Below, piece after piece: positions 1 to 12,600 of a DNA stretch of 64,000 nt. The position numbers and the translations under genes are program-made. Source of the DNA: Lytechinus pictus (lineage: Eukaryota); assembly GCF_037042905.1 (NCBI RefSeq), contig NC_087252.1:6634001-6698000 (forward strand), given 5' to 3'. The notes under the pieces are model-generated. The model worked only from the letters and a program-made list of their open reading frames with translations, was not told where the DNA came from and ran no database searches. Positions within the stretch are counted from its first letter, which is position 1; every line of letters begins with the position of its first letter.

Positions 1-405
1 TCCCCACACCCACACACAAATACATTATAATCCCAGAACAAAAACATTAGTTACGTCTCACAAAATAACGCAATGTACATTAAAACAGCTCAAAAGCACG
101 CTCTTTATTCATATTTCAAGTTTAACCACGATATTATTCAATAAACACTATAATAGCACATAATACATAAATTCTATAGACTTTATTTTTCAAGTGCACC
201 ATATAAAATTCAATGAAGTCGTATGAGGTACATTACGGTTCTGATGTTACATTGCCTGGTCGTGTCTAAAGGACTACAGTGTATTGGACCTTTGGTATTC
301 TAAGCATCTGTCAACCTTTATGGGAAGGCCCGGAAATAATTATGACGCTGTAATTACACTTGCATACGGTTTGTCCTCTTGTAATGTTATGCTGCTTTTT
401 TTCAG

Positions 406-654
406 CTGATACAATCCCTCCAAACGTCACATGCCCTGAGGATATCTCGATCACTGTGGAACTTGGGACTTTTAAAACATCCCTCAACTTTACCGAGCCA
501 TCAGCCACTGATATGTCAGGCAAAGTTCGATTGGTCTCTGGAAGTCATCTCTCGGGTGATGACTTTCTGGTTGGGTCGACCGTCGTGGAGTATATCTTTT
601 CTGATGGGAGCGGAAATCAAGCATCGTGCAACTTTAAGGTTGTCGTCAATACTA
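406..654 (+). CDS. Gene 1 exon, HYR domain 1
   Basis: ttttcag|CT GAT...ACT A|gtaagt; 249 nt; DTIPPNVTCPEDI...FTEPSATDMSG...GDDFLVGSTVVEYIFSDGSGNQASCNFKVVV matches the HYR consensus. Confidence 0.92.
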
Positions 655-3600
655 GTAAGTGTTAAGAGATTCTTATTTTCATAATTATCATATATTGAAC
701 ACACATCGTACATATGCCACCACCCCTCCCCCTTCCCCCCCAAAAAAAACACGATCAAGAAAAAGTAATAATAAAATGAATCGAAATTAGAAAGGAATGG
801 AAATGAAAATGGTGAGGTGTGATTTTATTATGTAGACATTGTGTTAATCTGCAAAAAAAACGCAAAATTAGACCCTCATTTTTAAAAGGTAAAATTTTTT
901 GCTTACTCGCTTCTCCAACTCGGAATTTAAAGATTTTTTTTCTAATACGCTAATACCCCCAACGTGTTAATCTACACTACCCACACCCTTATCCCTTTAT
1001 CTTTCCTTACACACCCACGTGCTCAGAAAGCGAACCTTCATGTCGAAAAATTCCTCAAATCAACATGGAACACTCTAAAGCTCACATTTTACCCACCACA
1101 CACAAACACACTTAACCTCTCACAAACACCCCCGCACATACAACTGGCTCTTTATTGTATGGATCTATTAAATGAGTAGATTAGGTTTGATGTCGAAATC
1201 ACAAATTAAGTTTCTTTATGGTTGTGATTGTTTTAATACCTGATTTCTAAGAAAGCATGAATGCTTGTAAGCAAGCGACCAGAGAACCGACGGCTTAAGG
1301 TCCTGTCGTTGAACCTGGTAACGAGGATTATGCACTAGCGCACCAAGTGGGAATCGAACCCGGCCACCGGATTCCGAGACCCCCGCTCTACCGACTGAGC
1401 TATCGCGCCTCCTTTTTTTTTTATTATTATTATTTTTTTAAATTTATTTATTTACCACTTGTGGGATGGAACACCCTATCAGCAAGTGCTGTTTTTCGTA
1501 GGGGTCCATAACCAATTGTATCCTGCTTTTTTTCCAGCCGACACGACCCCTCCAAATGTTATCTGTCATCCTGATATCTCCATCTCTGTGGAGCTTGGTA
1601 CTGTGAAAACACCCGTGTTCTTCACCGAGCCTTCTGCTGATGATATATCAGGCAATATATCATCAGAAACTAGATCGCATGCCCCAGGTGACGAATTCCC
1701 GGTAGGATCAACTTTAATCGTGTATGTGTTTGCTGATGGGAGTGGAAATTTTGAATTATGCACCTTCGTGATTTATATCGAAGCCTGTGAGTACTAACCG
1801 TCGGTTTAATATTTTTTAATACTTTAGGCAATCCAGAGATCGTAGGATCGTCCTGACGAATAGCAAAGCATCTCTGCTCTAAACGTCGAGATCAGTTCTT
1901 ACAGAGCTACCATAAGAAAGATAAGCAAACGGTCCTTCCCATGACTTATTTACATGGTGCAACCGCTAATCCCATCTAGTCTTACCACCATGCAAACAGG
2001 GACCTGGGAACGATCTTTTCAGTTGGGGTGCTGAAATCTCTCCTCAAAGGTGGGGGGGGGGGGGACACAATTGATTTTCCATAATTACACACACACACAC
2101 ACACACCTCTAAGGGCACACATACACAAACCCTCACACACACATATATATGTACATAATTATATATGACAGTCACTTCTTAGCTTTCAGGCTTCTTATAA
2201 AAGAACATAGATATATAATTAGATAAAAAATTAAATAACTCGAGCGCGAAGCGCGAGCTATTTGTTTTTTGGGGAAATTTCATGTATTTTGTCCTGAAAA
2301 TTGAACATTTTGAGCAATGTTTGTGGTCCTGAACAAGATGTGTATGTAACAAATAATAACTGCGAACGTGATCAGCGCGAGCAGATATTTTTTATATACG
2401 CTCTGGTCTGATCGAAAGGAAAGTGTAATAAGGACTGTTTGCAGTTACCCATTAAGACGATAGATCTATCAACAATCAAATAATGCGAGCGCGAAGCGCG
2501 AGCTGAAAAAATTTACATTCCGACCTAAATACTGGACATTCTAAGCACTTTTTGTAATCATGAACAAGATATGTATATAACTATACAATTGATGCGAGCG
2601 GAAACAAAATTGAGATTTCAGACAAAAAAAACCGATACATTCTAAGCACTTTTCTAATCATGACGAGGATCGATATATACCTATACAATTGATGCGAGCG
2701 CGAAGCGCGAGCGGAAATAAAAATGAGATTTCAGACCTAAAAACGGGACATCTTAAGCACTTTTCTAATCATGAACAGGATAGGTACATAACTATACAAT
2801 TGATGCGAGCGCGAAGCGCGAGTGGAAATAAAAATGAAAATTCAGACCTAAAAAAAGGACATGTTAAGCACTTTTCTAATCATGAAGAGGATTAGGTATA
2901 TAATTATACAATTTATGCGACCGCAAAGCGCGAGCGGAAACAAAATTGAGATTTCAGACCTATAAACGGGACATTCTATTCATGTTTTGTAAATCAAGAA
3001 AATGATGGGTAATTGGAAATATATTCTTACATTAATAATGTGAGCGCGAAGTGCGAGCAGAAAATTTTTGATATTCTGATCTGAAACTCCACACTGAATG
3101 TAATATGGTTTGAACAGACAAGGAAAAATCAGACGAACATAAGAATAAAGATTTGATTAAAATCTGACAAGGAATATCAAAGTTATTGCATTTTAAAGAT
3201 TAGCATTATTCCAGTTTTAAGCATGTCTTCATTAATATTCAATGAGCAAGCTGATGATGTCATATCCCCACTTGTTCTTTTGTATTTTATTAGGTTTATT
3301 CAATATTTTCCCTTCAAGAACCAAAAACAGTTGAATTGACAACTGATTTAGTCTATTAGATATTCTTTGCTGCAACTTATTTCATTATAAGGGAGACATA
3401 TCATTTACACTGGTATGAAAAAAATGAAAGAATTTTGATTCCATGTAATAACACAAGAAACAGGATAGTGGGGATGTGACATCTTCAACCCACATGGGCG
3501 GAAATCCAAGAGAGATCGACAGGGGGACGTGTCCCCCCTACCAAAAAAAGTTGGGGAACACAATATCAAATGTCCCCCTACTATTTTTGGTCTTTCATGG

Positions 3601-6600
3601 AGAAAAATACATCACTTCACAAACGAAATAATACATGTATTTTGGACCCAATGACCTTACATTTTGGGTGAAAACCTTTTTTTTTTTTTTTTTGGGGGGG
3701 GGGCTTGTCAAATTTTGTTAGGGTTAAAATGACCTAAATTTAGAGTGATAACCTTTTTTTTTTGCTTGTCAAATTTTCCAGGCCCTGGGGACAGATTTCC
3801 GCCCATGTCAACCAACCTATTAAATATTCATGACGACATGCATATCACTATTTTCATAAAATATTGCTAAACTTTAGAATTAAATAACTTAACTATTTGT
3901 TATCAGATTTTCATAAAATTGTATTTGATATAAATATTTTCAGCCAGGAGTAACCCCAAAACAAGCTGCGTATCTGAATAAACATGCGTGCGCGTGTTTA
4001 GAGTTAGACCTAAATCTGGGGATTCTAAATAAATTTTTATTATAAAATCAATAATGCGAGAGCGAAGCGCGAGCAGAAAATATTTGATATTCCGATCTGA
4101 AAAAGGTGAATTTAAACACTATATTAAGTACTGTGTCGGAAAATTCTGAAGTGGGGGGAGTTCTACAAAACGTTCATTTTCATTACATTTCTGTCATTTA
4201 TCAACTTACGACTAGATTTCCAGGAGGTGCTGCCCCCCGGGGGGGGGGGGGCACTCAGTATATAATGCATAGTGGGTATGTGCCGCGGAGGGGACCCCCA
4301 TTTTTACACTCAAATTTCCGTTCCAAGGCATAGCATTTTTTTCTTATTGAGAAAAAAAACAAAGAAAGCCGCTCCAAAGCATAGCATTTTCTTCTTATAG
4401 AGAAAAAAGAAGAAAGAAATCCGCTCCAAAGCTTCGCATATTTTCCGTTACGCCGTTCCGGTCGCAATTTTGGTGAAAAGCGGCCGCAGAGCGCTGTCCG
4501 ACCATCGCCTCTGCGCTAGCGCGCCCGGCAGTCGTGCCGCAGGCTAGCTGCATACACGTTCCATAGGGATGCATACGCACTCACACGCAGGCGACCCGTT
4601 CCAAGGACCGCCGCACAGTGGGCCTGAATGAGTTGAAAGTGCGCCAAAATTATATTCCGTGTTATATTTTTACTTTAACATGTTGTTAAAGGGTAATTTT
4701 GGGCGTAGAATCGACTGAACATAATTTAAAGCCGATATGACGTCACTTTGATGCAAAATTTTGATTGGCTACTTAAAACCTATCTGTGAAAAGACAAATT
4801 ACGCTAAACAATGTGTAGTATATAAATTTTGTGTTATGTGTTACTTTAAGATTGACCAGAGTGAATGTTGGTTTATGCTTCTCACATGCCTAACAAGTGT
4901 GAATGAGATCCTGAAAATAATTATATGGCATCAAAGTGATCTTTAGATTAAACAAATACTTAAAAATCTGAAAAATATTAACCGTGCTTTATCAAGCGGT
5001 GTAGACTTGGGTAAAACGCATAGTATATAGGACCACGAATGTTTTACTGTGAGGAGGGCTTTTGGCTGAAATTATTCTTCAAGTAAATTTTATCTCTGGA
5101 AGAGGGGCGGGTAGCCCTTATATGCGTTATCAACCTTTATTTTATTTGCATTATGCCCGGAATTCATGTCTTTTTCATGGAATGGAAGGGGGAATCGTCC
5201 TCGCCGTGCAAAAATGAAAGGCAATGTATACCCCACACGGTGCGCTGCGATGACTGCGCGGTATAAAAATGACCGTTTTTGAACAGGTTTTGGGGGTGTT
5301 GTGCCAAGTAAAATCGGCTCTAACATGAAAACGGGCAAAAACGGGCCGCTAAATTTGGTATCGACTTAAAGCTTAGACATCTGGCAAAATGATGATGATA
5401 GAATTTAAACGGAAATTCACGGAAATATAAACGTTTCTAATGTAAATGCTAAAAACATGGATTATCAGCCTATTTCGAGGAATAATTGTTCTATAAACCT
5501 CCTGAAATGTGTCTTTTATCTAATTTGAACCATTTCACACGAAAAAATAATATATCAGGATTATGTGGGTGCCATTTCAGATTCCTACATGAAAAACCTC
5601 ATGTGAAAATGCTTGTTTTTCAACTGAGTTGTCATACACGCGGCATTTCGCAAAATGTCACATTTTACGATTTGAGGTAGGAAATTAATAACCTTTATGC
5701 AAATTCCCGAATGAAATATTTTGCTGAAGTATTCTTCAAAGTGTTGTCTTTCAGCTGGGCATGACAAAAATTAAAAATCTGAAATTGCCCAAAATGACTT
5801 TTGGCGCACTTTTGTTTCGCCCCGGCCCACTGTGCGCCGTTTTCACAAACATTTGTAGTTCCGAAGCCTGTTCCGAGGACCCTCCTTTTTACAACAAGCC
5901 CGCTCCAAGGCCCCCGTTTTTTGTCTCGCCCGCGGCACATACCTACTACTTTTTGGGTCGAGTGCCCCCCCCGGGGTGCTGCCTATGGAAAATAACACAT
6001 GCAGCAGCCCCAAATTTTTAGGGTGCTTCACCCCCAGCACCCCCGCTTCCCAGGGCCATGGGGCAGGGCGAAAAAGACTGTGAAATTTGAGTTCTATTGT
6101 CTGACTTAAGTAATTGTTTATACAAAACACAGGCGGTCGGGCGCGCGCACACTTGATTCGACATAAAACCTGGAAGTTTCAAGTCCAACCACACCCATAT
6201 CCCATATGTCTTTTCCTGCTATCGAGTAGTGTGTAAACTATGCGCTTGAATATCCAGATTTCTGCTACAAGACGCGGCAAATAAAGTATTTGAACTCAGC
6301 GAGACTTTGGTTTCGACTCGAACTAAATTTTTAAAGCGTTTTGTCTTGAACCAAAACCTGCAGCCTGTTGCATAAAACCTTTTTCCTGAGAAAACTCCGG
6401 TAAAAACTGAAAAATATTAGTCTGATTTCTGCCATTGACTTTAACACAGGGCAAAAACAATGGTAAAAAATACCTGAGTTTTATCAGGTAAAAAGTTTTA
6501 TGCAACAGGCCCCTAGTGTCTCATCGGAATTCTATACCGCATGTCAGAAAAATACACATTTATCCATGTTATATGGGAAGTATAACCAAGAAGGCCCGTT

Positions 6601-9600
6601 CCGATTATTTTCAGAATTTAGGACTGAAACTGAACGGGTCATAATTAAAACAAATTTTAGCTCGCGCTTCGCACTCGCATTATTTGGTTAGTAAAATACG
6701 TATGATATTAATTAAATCTGACAACAAAGACTAAGAATGCCACTCTTTAGGTCTGAATATCAAACATTTTCAGCTCGTGCTTCGCGCTGGCAATATTTGA
6801 ATAGCGAGTACCATTATCATGATTACAATTACTTCAAGTGTTTAGGTGTAGTTAAAAAAAAAACAATCAGCACGCGCTTTGCGCTCGCATGAGATAACTT
6901 TGGTGAAATATGTATGTATGCTCGTCATGAATTCTTTTCAAAGATAGTCCTTAAAAATTTCCCTGTTTCTGGTCAGTATATGCCAAAATTTTAACGTCTT
7001 TTGGTCTGACGCGGCTGGGGTTTGAACCCCGACCACCCGGTTGTGAGACGGACGCTCTACCAACTGAGCCAACACCGGTCAATTACATCTAATCACATGA
7101 ATCACTTTTTGTAGTCATTGTCATCATGATTATCGTACGCATCTCACTAATCAAATATTGTAACAAAAAGTTGCTTTAAATGCAAGCACAACAATGACAA
7201 TTTCAGACCTGAAGAGGGGCAGTCTAAGGCTTATTTGTAGGAATTCATTAAGACCATACGTATTTCACTAACCAAATGATGTGAGCGCGAAGCGCGAGCT
7301 GAAATTTTTTGATATTTAGATGAGAAAAAGAGACATTTTAAGGACTGAATGTATACGAATTAATGAAGTGCACACATATCTCTCCAATCCACTAATGCGA
7401 ACGTAAGCACGGACATAATTTTTTTATATGCAGACCTTAAAATGGGGTAATCACTTTAAGTAGTCTTGAAAAAGAAGCATATATGTCACTACAAAAAAAA
7501 ACACAATAGCTCGAAGTGATGTATATTGACTTGAAAACATTATGTTTTAGTAGAACAGGATTAAATATCTCATTATAACAGACAATGCGAGCACCAGGAA
7601 TGATGAAGACATTAGGCCAAGAGCATTAGGCCAAAATAGGCTTAAGAAAGAAAACTTCTGGTAACGAGCTGATTTTTCCAGGATAGGTCCAGGAAAATGT
7701 CTAGAATAACATACTAAAAGTCCTCATAAATCCTCCGTGGGGGTTTTCCGTAATCCAAGATAGCGTCCGAAATGGCCGCCATTCACAGAAAATGGACATA
7801 ACTCACTCATTATTCACACTACACACGAAATTTTTATGCATATTTCATGGTTCAAAGAGGTAAAAGATCTAGTGATACAAGTTAGAGTGAAAATAAGCAG
7901 ACTAGGGTACCTAAAAATCCAAGATGGCGTCCAAAATGGCTGCCAAAGCTTAAAAATCCACTATTCATCAATTACTTCCTTTAATGTCTTTAATTGTGTT
8001 TCTATTCAATGGTTTGAATGGTCAAGTAATAAATTGGGACAAGTTACAAGGACAGTCAGTGGTCAAGTATGTCCAAAAATCCCAGATGGATTTCAAAAAT
8101 GGATTCTAAAATGGCTGTTTTTACTTACGAATGGACATATTTCATTCAATATCTGCCTGACGTATATGATTTTGGTGTCTAAACCATGGTTTCAAAGGTC
8201 AAATAATACATTTGAACAAGTTGAAAGGACATTCAGTGGTCAGGTATGTCAAAAAATCCAAAATGGCTTCCAAAAATTGAGTCTAAATTGACCGCTGTTA
8301 CTGAAAAATTGACATACTTTATTAAAAAATCCACCTGAGAGATAGGATTTTGGTATCTAAACCATGATTTGAAAGGTCAAATAATACATTTGGACAAGTT
8401 AAAAGGATATTAATTTGTCAGGTATGTCAAAAAATCCAAGATGGCTCCAAAAAATGGAGTCTAAATTGTCCGCTGTTACTGAAAAATTTACATACTTCAT
8501 TAAAAAATCCACATGAGATATATATTTGTGGTGTCTAAACAATGGTTTAAACTTAAGGGTCGAATAATATATTAGCACAAGTAAAAAGGACAGTCAGAGG
8601 TTCAGTATGTCTACAAATCGAAGACGGCTTCTAAAAATGGAGTCTAAAGTGGCCGCTGATATATACAAAGTTCATTTAATATCTGCATGGGAGGTAAGAT
8701 TTTGGTGTCTAAACCATGGTTTATAGGGTCAAATAATACATTTGGTCTAGTTAAAAGGACAGACAGTGGTCAATTATGCCAAAAATGCAAGATGGCTTCT
8801 AAAAAATTGGTATAAATGAAAAATCGACAGTCTGATTAATATACACCTAAGAAATATGTTTTGGTGTCTAGACCATGGGCCAGTGGTTCAGTATGTTAAG
8901 AAATTCAAGATAGTTTAAAAAAATGGAGTATAAATAAGTTATATCGGGAGGAGAGACTTGTGGGTTATATTGATTCAGTTTGCTTTTCGCCTACCAGGCA
9001 CAGGTGACGCCAAAACAAATAATAATGATAATAAAACGTCTTCTGAGACTTACAAGTGGACATAATTAATTCAATATCTGCCTAAAAAATATGATTTTGG
9101 TGTTTAAACCATGGTTTGAAGGGTCAAATAATATTTTGGGATTGTTAACAATGATAATGCAGTTGTCCATTTTTCCTAAAAATCCAAAATGGTTTACAAA
9201 ATGGCGTGTAAATGACTCCAATCACTTAAAAATGATCATAATTCATACGATATCCTCATGTGAGGAATATTGTGGTGTCTTCGCTTAAATACATTTGGGA
9301 AAATAATCTTAAGGATTTAGGAGTAGGTAACAGCAGGCATTTTTGCTCAATTTGGGAACCCAATTGCACATAAATTATAATGGAATAATTCTTGAGATCG
9401 ACTTGTCCTAAATATATATTTGACATTTTAAACCATAGTGCAGAAACAAAATTTATTTCTCACAGGTGAATAATGAGTATGACTATTTTTAAGCGATGAG
9501 AGTTAAACGCCATACCGGAAGCCTTCTTGTATTATATAGCAAAGTGGACAATTGCATATCATAAGCTGTCCCAAAGTATTATTTGACACTTGAAACTATA

Positions 9601-12600
9601 GTATAGACACCCACATATTATCTCTCAGGAGGATATGAAATTAACTAAGTTATTTTGTAAGAAACATCGGCCATTTTTGGAAGTCATCTTGGATTTTCGG
9701 ACATACTGGACTACTGACTGACTTTTTAAGTTGTCCCAATTTTTCATTTGGCTCTTTAGACCATGGGTTTAAAAACCAAAATCATACCTCACAGGCAGAT
9801 ATTGAATGAAGTATGTATTTTTTAAGTACCAGCAGTCAATTGAACTCCATTTTTTGGAAGCTATCTTGGATTTTTGGACATACTAGACCACTGACTGTCC
9901 TTTTAACTTGTCCGAATATTTTTATTTGACCCTTCAGACCATGGTTTAGATACCAATATCTTATCTCCCATGCAGATATTAAATGAGCTATGTCAATTTT
10001 TATGTAACAGCAGCCATTTAAGATTCCAATTTTAGAAGCCGTCTTCGATTTTTGGACATACTGGACCTCTGAATGCCCTTTCTACTTGTGCTTATGTATT
10101 GTTTAGACACTTAAACCATGGTAAAGACACCACAATCATATCTCTCAGGTGGATTTTTAATGAAGTATGACAATTTTTCAGTAACAAGCAGTCAATTTAG
10201 GATCCATTTTCGGAAGCCATCTTGGATTTTTGGACATACTTGGCCACTGAATGTCCTTGTTACTTGTCCCAATTTATTACTTGACCATTAAAACCATTAA
10301 ATAAAAACAAAATTAAAGTAATAGATGAATAGTGGATTTGTAGGCTTTGGGAGCCATTTTGGACGCCATCTTGGATTTTTAGGTACCCTAGTCTGCTTAT
10401 TTTCACTCTAACTTGTATCACTAGATCTTTCCGCCTCTTTAAACCATGAAATATGCATACAAATTTCGTGTGTAGTGTGAATAATGAGTGAGTTATGTCC
10501 ATTTTCTGTGAATGGCGGCCATTTTGGACGCCATCTTGGATTACGGAAAACCCCCACGGAGGATTTATGAGGACTTTTAGTATGTTATTCTAGACATTTT
10601 CCTGGACCTATCCTGGAAAAATCAGCTTGTTACCAGGAATTTCCATTTTAAACCTAATGCTCTTGGCCTACATAGGCCCTGAGCAAATTATGTTTCCTAA
10701 AGTTATGAACAAAATATTTCTTAATATTTAAAATAATATAATACAGTGAGTCCCAGAAAAAAAAACGAAACCGAGATTTATCGATGATTTTTCATAACTT
10801 AATCACAAATAAAATAGACAAGTGACCTACTATTTTAAAGCTTAGAATATCCTCTTTCATCTGAAATTACTTAGATTATTTTTCATTCACGCATGAGTGA
10901 GCAAAAACAATTTGAAGAGGGGATACCAAAAAGTCACTTGGCGGGCTGTATCTGGGTTTCACAAAAAAAAACACATTAAAAAAAAAGTTCATTATCTGTT
11001 CTTCAATTTGATACTTCAATTACAGAAAATGGTCAAGAAAAAACAAAGTTCTGGTTATTTGAAATAAGGCTTGAATTTCAATAACTTCATAAAAATAATA
11101 AAGAGGTTCTACAGCAGCCATTCTCAATTACTTTTTTTGGAGCGCCACATTTCTTGTTGAGAACCTGTAATGCTCCACTATCCATTACGCAAACCAGCAA
11201 TGTATCAGCGGAGGGGGTCCAGGGGCCCCTGGTGGGGGTCGAGGGGGCAGAGCCCCCAGAAGTTTTGGAACATGAAGCCTTTTAAATTGCCCAGAGGGGC
11301 TCTAATTAATATCAACAGAAGAAATACAAATGCCAACAAACTACACACTATCAATAATAAAAGAAAAATGACCAGTGACTTTTTCACATCATATATCAAT
11401 GGTACCACTAGTTCAGACTGTTCAGCACCAGATCTATTGGCTAAAGCAAGTGGCGTAATGAGAAAAAAAAAAATGAGAGGGCTAGATATGGCAGCTGAGG
11501 CAAAAATATTGAACTTTTCATTACAAAATTATATATTTTGACATAATATTTATGAAAATAATAAAATGTTCCACTCTTTCCTTTTCTGTCACTTTTCTCC
11601 TTTTTTTTTCTTGGCCGTGAAACACTTGGGGGCCCCCAATCTGTACGCCAGTGGCTGAAGTTACGTTCCCCGATTTTGCAAGGGCTGAAAATTAGGCGTT
11701 GCACTGCACTAACGCCCAAAATGACCCTCTCTCTCTCTACAACTCACGCGCGGTATCATTCATTCAGTTCGTGTTAAGCAAGAGTGCATGCAGGCAATCA
11801 CGACAGGCAATACATCTGAGCATACATGTATTTCACTTTTACAACATCGGATTTTAATCGGCCCCGGAAACAAAGTTTCTGCTTGATATGTCCCAAATTC
11901 ATATTCTTTTATGATCAGGATGTTCTTTGAATATCATATTATTTGATGTTTAACTCTTAACCAAATCGTATACTCTGGAAATGCAAAATTTCTCGCCGTT
12001 GAAATAGAAATCCTAAAAACGGGGTTTTCAAATCACTTGTGTGGCACATAAACTTTGTACATAGAATAAATAAAAAGGAGAACACCATCGATCCTTCATA
12101 ATAAGGGGTTATCGGTGCTAAATTGGACAAAATTTGAAGAAATCAATTAACAATTAAGTGTCAAATAAAGAGTTTTTGTTTTCTATTTGTATTAAAATGA
12201 TCACCAAATCCTTATTTCCAGGTTACTGGTAGAAACATTTTTTTCTCCCCAATTTTTCCTCATTTTTTTTATACCGGCTCCCAAGCGCAACTCCGCAAGG
12301 CTCGGTGCGCCACAAGTGGCGCGCGCGCCACCATTTGAGAATCCCTGTTCTACAGGCAAGCGTTCAAACTCACTTGACACTCCGTTTTGTTGGCGATCAG
12401 CCATGCATTAATTCTTTTTTTAACCGTGTGATAGTTTCTGCGGGAAACCGGTGAAAACACATTTATTTAATGAAATAATGGAAATACAAGCTTTGTTTTG
12501 AGGGAACATAACTTTTTTACTTCTTGACCATTTTTGGTGATTAAGGTATCAAATTAAAGAGCAGATATTGAACTTTTTAGGCATGTGATTTTCTTTTTGA

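Noticed and set aside
7836-10502. Mirror ORFs 7836..8291(+) and 10260..10502(-) sharing DLVIQVRVKISRLGYLKIQDGVQNG
   Set aside because: By-product of the long inverted repeat; no domain signature.
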